Source: an uncultured Acidobacteriota bacterium (GTDB taxonomy: Bacteria > Acidobacteriota > Vicinamibacteria > Vicinamibacterales > CAVVIG01). Taken from it: a stretch of 64,000 nucleotides of DNA. A program made the translations under genes and the position numbers. Shown here piece after piece: positions 41,364 to 50,859 of this stretch. Location of the stretch: assembly GCA_963789075.1 (NCBI GenBank), contig CAWBJQ010000012.1:23306-87305 (forward strand), written 5' to 3'. How positions within the stretch are numbered: position 1 is the first letter of the stretch; the number at the start of each line of letters is the position of its first letter. The notes under the pieces are model-generated. The model was not told the origin of the DNA and made no database searches. It saw only the letters and a list, made by a program, of their open reading frames with translations.

Positions 41364-42142
41364 ACGCGCGTCTCCGCGTCGCGATCGCTGATGACGAGCG
41401 GCCGGCGCGCTCGTTTCTCCGCTCGCTGCTTCGATCGTTCGAAGACGTGCTCGTCGTCGGCGAAGCCGCCTCGGGTCATGAGGCAGTCACGATCATCGAA
41501 CAGGAACGGCCGGACCTGGCGCTGCTCGATCTCCACATGCCGGAGCTCGACGGCTTTGGCGTCGTCCGCATGCTGAAGAAGCAAACGATGCCACTCATCG
41601 CGTTCGTCACGGCGTACGACGAATACGCGGTCCGCGCGTTCGAGGTGAACGCCGTCGACTATCTGTTGAAGCCGGTCGACAAGAGCCGCCTGCGAGCGAC
41701 GTTGAACCGGGCGCAGGAGCGGATCGAGCACGCGGAAATCGTGGACGAGCAGCGGACGAGGGTGGGCACGGCGATCGAGGCGTACGAAACCGCCGCCAGA
41801 GGACCTTATCTCGAGCGGATCCCGGTGCGCCGCCGGGACGAGATCGCGCTCGTGCCCGTTCAGCAGATCGCGTCGATCGTCGCCGAGGGGGAGCTTCTGC
41901 ATCTGGTGACGGTGACCAACGACAAGTTCACGATCACGTATCGCCTCAAGGATCTCGAAACGCGCCTCGACCCCGCGCGGTTCATCCGGCTCGGCCGCGG
42001 GACACTCGCCAACATCGACGTGATCTCGAAGGTGGGCGTCATGCCGGGCGGCACGCACGTCGCGATTCTCAGCAACGGGCAAAAGCTTCAGGTGAGCCGT
42101 CTGCAGTCCCGGGTCTTGCGCGAGCGGTTCCTGCGGCTGTAA
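41360..42142 (+). CDS. LytTR-family response regulator, intact
   Basis: MNARLRVAIADDERPARSFLRSLL..LALLDLHMPELDG..AFVTAYDEYAVRAFEVNAVDYLLKP..LVTVTNDKFTITYRLKDLE. The ATG overlaps the upstream TGA as ATGA. Confidence 0.85.
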   Translation: MNARLRVAIADDERPARSFLRSLLRSFEDVLVVGEAASGHEAVTIIEQERPDLALLDLHMPELDGFGVVRMLKKQTMPLIAFVTAYDEYAVRAFEVNAVDYLLKPVDKSRLRATLNRAQERIEHAEIVDEQRTRVGTAIEAYETAARGPYLERIPVRRRDEIALVPVQQIASIVAEGELLHLVTVTNDKFTITYRLKDLETRLDPARFIRLGRGTLANIDVISKVGVMPGGTHVAILSNGQKLQVSRLQSRVLRERFLRL

Positions 42143-42259
42143 CGCCTCGCACGAGTCTAGCCGCTCATCGCATGGAAACCGCCGTCTGCACGAGTGACGC
42201 GACGTTCTGTTGAAAACGCTGCGACGGGCATGCCCCGAGTCGTGTTCTCTGACGTTGAC

Positions 42260-42502
42260 ATGCGGACACACACGACCGGCCAGGACCGTGGCGGCGCCTT
42301 CAGAGCAGGCAAGGTCTATCGGGGGTCTCGCCGGAAGGTGCGGCGGATCACGCTTCGCGGAAACTGGTCGATTGAACTGCTGCTGTTTGTCGCGTGGCTG
42401 CTGTTCTGCCTGCTCGTCCTCGTACCGTGGATGGTGCGTCATCCGCCGCAGGATCGCGCGCCTCAGCCAGCCGAATCAGAATCCATCACGCCTGCGCGGT
42501 GA
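42260..42502 (+). CDS. Possible small single-TM protein downstream of the LytTR regulator (speculative)
   Basis: MRTHTTGQDRGG..RRITLRGNWSIELLLFVAWLLFCLLVLVPWMVRHPPQD. Confidence 0.25.
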   Translation: MRTHTTGQDRGGAFRAGKVYRGSRRKVRRITLRGNWSIELLLFVAWLLFCLLVLVPWMVRHPPQDRAPQPAESESITPAR

Positions 42503-42691
42503 CGGCACGACCCCAAGTCAACATCGCCTATACTTCGCGTGTGCGTCGAGTCCCCGGCTGCGCGCTCGCGCTGGTCATCGTTTTCATTTCTGGAATCGAT
42601 CCGATCCCCCGCTGACAATTCATTCGTCAAACGATGGACGAAGGCGCCAGCGTGCGTCCGCGAGGAGAGAACCGTGACGCGACTATCAATC

Positions 42692-43220
42692 ATGAGGTCC
42701 AGTGGGATCGTCGTGCTGGGAGTGGCTCTGTTGGGCAGCGCGACGATGGCCGCCGCCCAGGTGCCCAGGACGCCGCAGACAACCGCGTCCGATGAAGACG
42801 AGCGTTCGATCGTCTTCGAACTGGGCGCCGCGGGCGACTGGTCGCGGGCCGAAGGGTTTCATCCCGGCGGCACGGTGGCGTTTGAACTGACCCCGATCGA
42901 GAACTGGCTCGAAGTGGAAGTCGGCGTGACGGCCATCCGGTCCGACAGCAGTACAGAGGTGCCGATCGACATCCTGTTCAAGAAGCCCTGGCAATTCTCC
43001 CGCGAGTTCGAGTTCATGATCGGTTTGGGACCGGAGCTCGTGCATGCCACGGGCCCGGACCATGCAACATTCTGGGGCGTCGAGGGCGTTCTCGATTTCA
43101 TGTTCTGGCCTCAAAAAAACGTCGGATGGTACTGTCGAGCCTGGGTACGAGCTGACGATGCGTGATGGCGTGAGACATCAAGGCGTAGGCATCGCCATCG
43201 GACTGCTGCTCGGCCGATAA
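42692..43220 (+). CDS. Secreted hypothetical protein; frameshift at the A7 run 43113..43119
   Basis: MRSSGIVVLGVALLGSATMAAAQ..FWPQKNVGWY, then shifts to VEPGYELTMRDGVRHQGVGIAIGLLLGR*. Confidence 0.5.
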
Positions 43221-43353
43221 TCACGACCGGTCCCTGTCAGCCCAACCAATCAGACGACTTTGGTGTCTAAGCGTGGCAGGACGCGGCGCGAACGACACGG
43301 TCCGCTGCCCCGTCTAAGCTCAAACCGGCCGGCCTTTTCAAGGAGACCAGGCG

Positions 43354-44391
43354 ATGCGCGAGTTGGGGTATGCCACGGTTGTGGCGGCATTCGCCGCCAC
43401 GTTGTATGCCACCGTCCACGGCCAGGCCACTGACGCCAGCCACGTGCTCGCCGCCGCGCGGGACGCGCTTGGAGGCGAGAAGAAGCTGTCTGCGATCAAG
43501 AGCTTCACCGCCACCGGACGGACTCGGCAAGTGCGCGGCAACAACCTGGTGCCGATTGAGTTCGAAATCAATTGCGAGCTGCCAGACAAGTTCGTGCGCA
43601 TCGACGAATTTCCGGCGCAGGACACCGACCCGACGACGCTCGGATTCAACGGAGACGAGCTGATTCAGTTTCCGCCCGCTCCAGCCGGTGCCGGGCGCGC
43701 GGGCGGACCGCCAGCAGCCGGTGTCGGCCGGGCGGGTGATCCGCTTCCGCCGAATGCCGGACGCGGCGGCGCGCCGCCATCGGAGGGCGCGGCCCGCGGA
43801 GGACCACCGCCGCTCAGTCCGGCGCAGCAGCGCGTCGCCAACGTCAAGCAGGATTTCGTCCGCTTGACGCTCGGCATGTTCGCGACCTCATTTCCCAGCT
43901 ATCCGCTGACGTTCACGTATGCCGCTCAGGGTGAGGCACCAGAAGGCAAAGCCGACATCCTCGATGTCGCGGGACCCGCCAACTTCAAGGCCCGGTTCGT
44001 CGTGCAACGCGACACACATCTGCCCGTGATGCTGATGTGGCAAGTGCCGGCCACCAACGTCGTGCTCCGCGTTCCTGGGCAGCCGATGCCGAATCCCGTC
44101 CCGCCCGGTGCGGTGATCGTGGACGCACCGGCGCCGCCCGCGGCGACCGCCGGGCAACCGGAGCGCGACGAGTACGCCGCGACGATCGCCACGCTCAGAC
44201 GAGAGGCGCTGACCCAGGCGAAACCGATTGAGTACCGGATGTACTACGGCGATTTCCGTGATGTCGATGGCCTGAAATGGCCGTTCCGTCTCAGGCGGGC
44301 GATCGCCGGTGACACGATCGAGGAGACCACCTTCGATCGAATCCGCATCAATACCAAGATCGATCCGCGAAAGTTCGAGGCTCGAAAGTAA
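43354..44391 (+). CDS. Secreted hypothetical protein with a Gly/Pro/Ala-rich middle, intact 345 aa
   Basis: I recognise no family. Confidence 0.5.
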   Translation: MRELGYATVVAAFAATLYATVHGQATDASHVLAAARDALGGEKKLSAIKSFTATGRTRQVRGNNLVPIEFEINCELPDKFVRIDEFPAQDTDPTTLGFNGDELIQFPPAPAGAGRAGGPPAAGVGRAGDPLPPNAGRGGAPPSEGAARGGPPPLSPAQQRVANVKQDFVRLTLGMFATSFPSYPLTFTYAAQGEAPEGKADILDVAGPANFKARFVVQRDTHLPVMLMWQVPATNVVLRVPGQPMPNPVPPGAVIVDAPAPPAATAGQPERDEYAATIATLRREALTQAKPIEYRMYYGDFRDVDGLKWPFRLRRAIAGDTIEETTFDRIRINTKIDPRKFEARK

Positions 44392-44472
44392 TGCGTTGCT
44401 ACATTATCGAGCGAGCTCTCACCACGGAGGAGACGGGGGACACAGAGGTGAAATCCTGAGCCAAGAGTTTTC

Positions 44473-46046
44473 TCACGAGCTGCGTGATATGAGCTCTCGC
44501 GCTGCCGGCGTGAGCTTGCGCGCATCGAGATAGGACGTGACCGCCGTGGCGCGCCCCTCTGGATCCGCCAGGGCCACGTAGCCATCGGGTCGCACGAGAT
44601 AGACGGCATCGCGCCGCAGGCCCGCACGACCCATTGCCGGGCGCCAGGGGAAGACGTGCAGCGGCAACATCCGCGCCTCGCACATGGCCTGCGATCGTCC
44701 GGGGCGGCGATGCCGTAGACGTGGACCTGCCAGTCGAGCGTCGTCAGCGGCGTGAAGTTGTCGGCACCGTTCGAGTCGATGGTCACCCACGGCAAACGGT
44801 CGCCGCCGTACACCGATCCCGCGCGTCCCTCGCTCAAGCGGCTGCCGCGATAGTTCACCGCCGTCTGCGAGACCGTCCGAAACATGAAGCGTCGCGTGGC
44901 CGCGAATCGCGAAGATCATCGGAATCACGGCCGGCACGACATTCAGCCGCACGCGCCGGGCAATCGGGCCGTTGCTGGTCACGTAGGTGAATGCCTGATC
45001 GGTCGTCGCGACCAGGCGCCGGGCGAAGGCGATGCGCTCCGGCTCGTAGCTGTCGAGAAGCGATGGATCCGCGCAGCCGTTCACGACAGCCGCGAGCTTC
45101 CAGGCGAGATTCACAGCGTCGCCGATGCCGGTGTTCATGCCCTGTCCGCCCACTGGACTGTGGATGTGCGCCGCGTCGCCGAGCAGAAACGCGCGACCCG
45201 CGCGGAACCGATCGGCGACCCGATGGTGGACGTGGTAGGTCGAGAACCAGTGCACGCGCTCGACGTCGATGCGCATCCACTCGATGACGCGCGTGCTCAC
45301 GTCGTTCCACGAGATCTCTCGTGCCCCTGTTCGGCGCTCGCCCGAACGGTCCCGATGAGCCGCGCGCGCCCGTTCTCCTTCAACGGAAACACGGCCAGAA
45401 ACTCGCTCGCGTCCAGCGCGACGTGCAGTTCGTCGTTCATCGCCGCGCCGCGCGCTTCGACGTCGGCGACATAAAACAGATGTTCGTAGGTGCCGCCCGC
45501 GAAACCGATCGCGAGCGCCTGACGGACCGTGGAATGCGCGCCGTCGCAGCCCGCGATGTAGGCGGCCTCGCACGCCTCAGTCGCTCCGTCTGCCCGCTTG
45601 AGCCGGGCGAGCACACGACCGGCCGCCTCCTCGAATGCCACCAGCTCGGTCTGGCGCTCCACCTCGACGCCTGCCTCGGCGAGGCGATCGATCAACAGAC
45701 GCTCGTGCTCGTCTTGCGGAAAGATCAGCGCGTATGGAAACGGACTGAGACCGTCGCCCATGTCGCCGAACACGGCGCGCGCCTTCTGCTTGCCGGCCAC
45801 CCAGAGATTGACGGCGGCCATCTTCCGTCCACGGGCGACGACCGCGTCCGCGAGGCCGATCGCGCGGTACAACTCCAGCGTGCGTGCCTGCACGGCAAGC
45901 GCGCGCGACGTCGTCCCCGGCTCGGCCGTCTTGTCGACGATTCTCACCCGCACGCCCAACAACGTGAGCCACAGGCCCAACACCAGACCGGTTGGGCCGG
46001 CCCCGACGATGAGAACGTCGGTGTTGGGGGTCATCGTGGCATCCAT
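44473..46046 (-). CDS. FAD-dependent aromatic-ring monooxygenase (PheA/TfdB / UbiH-like); at least 3 frameshifts
   Basis: MTPNTDVLIVGAGPTGLVLGLWL..YIAGCDGAHSTVR, then RAFLLGDAAHIHSPVGGQGMNTGIGDAVNLAWKL, and C-terminus AVYLVRPDGYVALAD. Confidence 0.7.
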
Positions 46047-46126
46047 TTTTACGGCGCGTTAGACAGCCGCGCGCCGTGAGCGTTCAGCGCGTCTCGTGCG
46101 CCAGCGCTCATTGTGCCATCGATCAA

Positions 46127-46192
46127 CCACGAAGCTCACGAAGACACGAAGAGCTCAAATACTTTTCTTCGTGATCTTCGTGGCCTTCGTGG
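46127..46192. repeat. Hairpin repeat: CACGAAG x3 on one arm, CTTCGTG x3 on the other
   Basis: ccacgaagctcacgaagacacgaag...cttcgtgatcttcgtggccttcgtgg includes the 20-mer shared with 6642..6661. Confidence 0.7.
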
Positions 46193-46213
46193 TTCTGGGT
46201 TGAGCGCTCCGAT

Positions 46214-46564
46214 TCAGCACGAGTGGACCCGTTCGAAGGCCGCGATCGCCTCGGCTTCAGTGGCGACAGTTGGCAGCAGCCCCAACAAGTGGGTGCGCGC
46301 GAGGAGCTCACGAGTGGACGCGGATCGAATCACGATCTTCAGCTCACCGCGCGCGGCTTGCGCGGTGGCGAATGCATCGACCAGCATCCCCAGGCCGGCA
46401 GCGTCGATGCCGGTGATGCCGACCAGATTGAGCACCACGCAGCATCGGCCTGTGGCGAAGAGTCCGCCGAGCGCGTCGTGGAGCGCGGCTCCGCTCTCGA
46501 CGTCCAAGCGCCCGTGCACGTCGACGATCGTGACGGCGTCCAGCGACCACGTGCGAATCAACAT
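46214..46564 (-). CDS. STAS-domain anti-sigma-factor antagonist (SpoIIAA-like)
   Basis: MLIRTWSLDAVTIVDVHGRLDVESGAALHDALGGLFATGRCCVVLNLVGITGIDAAGLGMLV. Confidence 0.65.
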   Translation of the reverse strand: MLIRTWSLDAVTIVDVHGRLDVESGAALHDALGGLFATGRCCVVLNLVGITGIDAAGLGMLVDAFATAQAARGELKIVIRSASTRELLARTHLLGLLPTVATEAEAIAAFERVHSC

Positions 46565-46764
46565 ATCCCATGGTCGCGCGCGACTATGACAATGCGATGA
46601 CTCATGCGAGCGGCCGTTCACCGTAACGCGAAAGGCTTTAAGCCGCGCGTCTTCGCGCGAGGGCCGACGGCTGCCGCCCGGGCAGCGCTCGGCCGATACA
46701 ATAGGGCGCTCGTCTGCGCGTCATTTCAGCCGCTGCACGCCGAGGCGCTTCCTGCGACATCTCC

Positions 46765-49332
46765 ATGCCATTGCTTCGTTCGCTCGCTGCCGCCCTTGCC
46801 CTCGCGTGCTGTACCACCATCACCATGGCGGCGCAGTCGCCGGCACGCGGCGTCGTGGTGTCGGGGACGGTGCAGGATCAGACCGGCGCCGTGCTGCCGG
46901 GAGCCACACTCACGCTCGCGCCGGCGGACGGCGCGGCATCGGCACCCATCGTCTCCGACACGGCCGGCACGTTCCGATTCGAGCGGGTCGGGCCGGGGAC
47001 GTACGAACTCCGCGTCGAGTTTCCCGGATTTACGACCAACGTGACGCACATCCGCGTGGCGGCCCGCGCCCCGAGTGCGCTGACGATCGTCATGCAGATC
47101 GAGGGGCTGTCGCAGGAAGTGTCGGTGTCGGGCGGCGGCGACCAGACCAGCGGCCGCGGCGCCGCCAATCTCGACGCGGTGGCGGTGGACGCGAAGGCGC
47201 TCGACGACATGCCCGTGCTCGACGGCGATGTGGTCGCCGCGGTCTCGCGCTTTCTCGATTCGAGCGCCCTCGGCACCAACGGCGCGACCATCGTCGTCGA
47301 CGGCGTGGAGGTGAATGCGCTCTCCGTCTCCTCGTCCGCCGTCCAGCAGATCAAGATCAATTCCGATCCGTACGCGGCCGAGTTCATGCGGCCGGGCCGC
47401 GGGCGCATCGAGATCATCACCAAACCGGGAGGCCGCGACTATTCCGGCACGTTCAACCTGCGATTCCGCGACTCGGCGCTCTATGCGACCAACGCGTTCG
47501 CGGCGACCAAGCCGCCCGAGCAGCGGCGCGTGTTCGAGGGCAGCTTGGGCGGACCGATTCAGGGCTTCGACAAGACGAATTTCGTGGTCTCCGGATCGCA
47601 CGATGCGGAGGACAGCCAGTCGATCGTGTTCGCCGATACGCTCGCGGGCAAGGTGCAGGCGAATGTGGCGACGCCGTTCACCAACACGCTCGCCTCGGCG
47701 ACGATCAACCGGCAGCAGGGCGAGAAGAACACGATCTCCCTGCGGTTCTCGCATCAGCAACGGAGCAGCTCGAACCAGGGGATCGGCGGCATCAATCTGC
47801 CGGAGGCCGGACGCAGCACGAGCCAGCGCGAAGACGACACGACCTACTCGCAGCAGACGGTCATCACGCCCGCGCTGCTGCACGAGATCAAGCTCATGGT
47901 CGGCTTCGAGCATCAGCCGTCGACCAGCCTGAGCGCGCAGCCGCGTATCGTCGTCAACGACGCGTTCGTCGGCGGCGGCGCACAGGCCGACTGGCTGCGC
48001 ACCGAGAAGCATTTCACGCTCCTCGATGCGGTCACGTGGTCGCCGGCCAAACACGTCATCAAGGCGGGTGTGAACATTCCCGACTGGAGCTGGCGCGGCT
48101 ACGTCGACAACACCAACACCGGCGGCACGTTCTACTTTTCGAGCCTGCAGAACTACGCGCTTGGCCAGCCCTACTCCTTCACCCAGCAGCGCGGCGATGG
48201 GCATGTCGCGTTCCTGGAAAAGGTGATCGGCCTGTTTCTGCAGGACGAGATCCGTCCGCGCTCGAACCTGACGATCGATCTCGGCGTGCGGTACGACTGG
48301 CAGACCGTGTTTCACGACACGAACAACGTGGCGCCGCGCGCGTCGTTTGCCTACATGCCGGACCAGCGCGGGCGCACGGTCATCCGCGGGGGCGCCGGCG
48401 TCTTCTACGATCGCACCGGACCGGGACCGATCCAGGATCTGCTGCGGTTCGATGGCCAGCATCTCCAACAGGTCGTCATCGTCGATCCGAGCTATCCCAG
48501 TCCGCTGGCGCCTGGGCAGAGCCTCGGCTCCGAGCCGTCGAACGTCGTCGTGCTGGCGCCGAACGTGACGATTCCCTACAGCCTGCAGTACAGCCTCGGC
48601 GTCGAGCAGCAGCTCGCGCCGAAGACGACGCTCGCCGTGACGTTCGTGGGATCGCACGGCTACAACCAGTTTCTATCGCGTGATCTGAACGCACCGGCGC
48701 CGCCGCTCTTTCTCGCGCGGCCCGATCCGAGCCGCGGGGTAGTGCGCGAGATCGAATCGACCGGCACCATGCGGACCAGCTCGCTGCAGGTCACGCTGCG
48801 CGGTCAGATGACGAAGGCCGTCAACGCCACCGCGCAGTATTCGTACGGCCGCGCCTCGAACAACACGAGCGGCATCGGCTGGATGCCGCCCAACAGCTAC
48901 GATCTCACGCAGGAGTACGGCCCAGCCGACTGGGATCGCCGGCACGGCCTCGAGCTCTTCGGCGCCTGGACCGCCGGCCGCTGGTTCACGCTGGGCGCGT
49001 CGTTCGAGGCATACACCGGACGTCCGTACTCGCTCACGCTCGGCACCGACGTCTTCAACACCGGCAATGCGAATGCCCGTCCTGCGGGCGTGCCGCGCAA
49101 CAGCCTCCGCGGACCGGGCTATGCGTCGCTGGATCTGCGCTGGTCGCACGACCTGGCGCTTTCGAGCGGCCCGAAAACCCGAACGCTCACACTCGCCGTC
49201 GACACCTTCAACGTCCTCAACCGGGAGAACGACAACTACTTCGTCGGCAACCTGAGCTCGCCGTTCTTCGGTCAGGCGGTCTCCGCATCAGCGCCGCGGC
49301 GGGTTCAGTTCTCGTTGCGCACGCGCTTCTAG
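46765..49332 (+). CDS. TonB-dependent receptor with carboxypeptidase-regulatory-like N-domain, intact 855 aa
   Basis: Signal peptide, GVVVSGTVQDQTGAVLPGATLTLAP..DTAGTFRFERVGPGTYELRV..., C-terminus RRVQFSLRTRF. Confidence 0.85.
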   Translation: MPLLRSLAAALALACCTTITMAAQSPARGVVVSGTVQDQTGAVLPGATLTLAPADGAASAPIVSDTAGTFRFERVGPGTYELRVEFPGFTTNVTHIRVAARAPSALTIVMQIEGLSQEVSVSGGGDQTSGRGAANLDAVAVDAKALDDMPVLDGDVVAAVSRFLDSSALGTNGATIVVDGVEVNALSVSSSAVQQIKINSDPYAAEFMRPGRGRIEIITKPGGRDYSGTFNLRFRDSALYATNAFAATKPPEQRRVFEGSLGGPIQGFDKTNFVVSGSHDAEDSQSIVFADTLAGKVQANVATPFTNTLASATINRQQGEKNTISLRFSHQQRSSSNQGIGGINLPEAGRSTSQREDDTTYSQQTVITPALLHEIKLMVGFEHQPSTSLSAQPRIVVNDAFVGGGAQADWLRTEKHFTLLDAVTWSPAKHVIKAGVNIPDWSWRGYVDNTNTGGTFYFSSLQNYALGQPYSFTQQRGDGHVAFLEKVIGLFLQDEIRPRSNLTIDLGVRYDWQTVFHDTNNVAPRASFAYMPDQRGRTVIRGGAGVFYDRTGPGPIQDLLRFDGQHLQQVVIVDPSYPSPLAPGQSLGSEPSNVVVLAPNVTIPYSLQYSLGVEQQLAPKTTLAVTFVGSHGYNQFLSRDLNAPAPPLFLARPDPSRGVVREIESTGTMRTSSLQVTLRGQMTKAVNATAQYSYGRASNNTSGIGWMPPNSYDLTQEYGPADWDRRHGLELFGAWTAGRWFTLGASFEAYTGRPYSLTLGTDVFNTGNANARPAGVPRNSLRGPGYASLDLRWSHDLALSSGPKTRTLTLAVDTFNVLNRENDNYFVGNLSSPFFGQAVSASAPRRVQFSLRTRF

Positions 49333-49439
49333 AGCAGTTCGCAGATGTAGCGCGAAGGTTGAGCCGAGCGTCTCGCCGGGCTTATACACTCTCTATGAAA
49401 ATCGGGCGCGGAATGTCCGCAATCGCTGCGCTCAGGACG

Positions 49440-49467
49440 TTGACACGCCTTAGGTACTCCGTAATAC
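49440..49467 (+). promoter_or_regulatory. Sigma70-like promoter: TTGACA, 16-nt spacer, TAATAC
   Basis: ttgacacgccttaggtactccgtaatac lies about 70 nt upstream of the small ORF at 49540. Confidence 0.45.
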
Positions 49468-49539
49468 CATCGCTTCAGACGCATGCGCACAAAGTCTCGG
49501 GCGCGAACGCGGCGCCCCACTCCCCCTCGACCCGGCGTC

Positions 49540-49701
49540 ATGCAGAAGCAACTGGCCGCCGTGATCACCAAGTGCGCCGAGAACACCCGCCGGATCGAGC
49601 GTCTGGAGTTCGACTACGCCACGCAGGTGCGACGATGCGCGGAGCTGCAGGTTGAAATCGATCGGCTCAAACGCCACCCGGTCCTACGGCCCGCCCGATA
49701 A
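49540..49701 (+). CDS. Small (53-aa) basic coiled-coil protein (speculative)
   Basis: MQKQLAAVITKCAENTRRIERLEFDYATQVRRCAELQVEIDRLKRHPVLRPAR. Confidence 0.35.
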   Translation: MQKQLAAVITKCAENTRRIERLEFDYATQVRRCAELQVEIDRLKRHPVLRPAR

Positions 49702-49719
49702 CCGCTCGCGTCACCTCAG

Positions 49720-49731
49720 TTCTGCACAGAA
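49720..49731. promoter_or_regulatory. Perfect 12-bp palindrome TTCTGCACAGAA; candidate operator about 25 nt upstream of a TTGACC -35-like hexamer at 49755
   Basis: ttctgcacagaa reads the same on both strands. Confidence 0.35.
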
Positions 49732-49795
49732 TCGCGCGGTTCTCGAAATTTGATTTGACCGCTTCGTCGCGGCGGTTTACTCTTATAGAAAGCCC

Positions 49796-50859
49796 ATGTT
49801 TTTCGTCGCGGAGCGCATCAGCTGCGTATAGGGTCGTCGCCTGCGTCGTGGCGCGGCGGCCTCGCGTTGGGCGCAGTCGCGCTCGCGTCGTGGGTCACAC
49901 ACGCATCGGCGATCGCGCAGCCTGCGACGCCAGACGAGATCGCGATCTCGCGGGCAACCCGTCTCATGGTCGTCGCCCCGCATCCCGACGATGGCGTGAT
50001 CGGCGGCGGCGGGTTGATTCAGCGCGTCCTGCGCCTCGGAGGCGCCGTCCGCCTCGTGCAAATCACGAGCGGCGACGCGTTTTCGACAGGCGTGAAGGCC
50101 GCGACCCACGTCACCCGGCCGACAGCCGCCGACTACCGGCGTTACGGCGTCATGCGCGAGCGCGAAAGCGCGAAGGCGATGGCGGCCCTCGGCGTGCATC
50201 GCTCGGATCTCCTCACGCTCGGTTTTCCTGACGATGGCTTGTGCGAGCTGGCGCCCGATCGCCACTCCGTGACCGCGGTCGCCTTCGAGTCGCCCTACAC
50301 GAAACGCGCGAGTCCTCCGCGCACGGAGCAGATGCTGTCGCGCGTCGCCTATCGCGGTGTCGATCTCGAGCGCGAGCTGCAGCAGATCCTGATCGCGTTC
50401 AGACCGACGCTCGTGCTAATTCCCGATCCGCGTGATGAGCATCCGGATCACTGCACCACGCATTTGTGGATGCACGAAGCGCTGCAGGCCGTCGCCGACG
50501 GTCGAGCGCCCGTCAAGCCGGTCCTGCTCCATTACCTGGTACATTATCCGCATTGGCCGCCGGCGGGCGGTGATGGCAACGCGGCTGTGTTGCCGCCGCC
50601 GGCCTCGCTGCTGACCGAGAGCAGCCAATGGAAGACGCTGACGCTGACGAATCGGGAGCGCGCGACGAAAAAGCAAGCGCTCGCACGGTACGCCACCCAG
50701 ATGCTGGCGATCGGTCCGTTTCTGAACGCGTTCGATCGGCCCAACGAGCTGTTTCTCGCGGCCGAGCCGGAGGGGCACTCAGCCTGTTGGTGCCGGGGAG
50801 TGGACATCGCCCCGGGGCGGCGCACGAGCGGACGCCCGACCCCGACCGCCAAGCAGTGA
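49796..50859 (+). CDS. PIG-L / LmbE-family N-acetylglucosaminyl deacetylase, secreted; frameshift at the T5 run 49799..49803
   Basis: ATG MFF, then shifts to ..RRGGLALGAVALASWVTHASA..LMVVAPHPDDGVIGGGGLI..PDPRDEHPDHCTTH. Confidence 0.7.
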
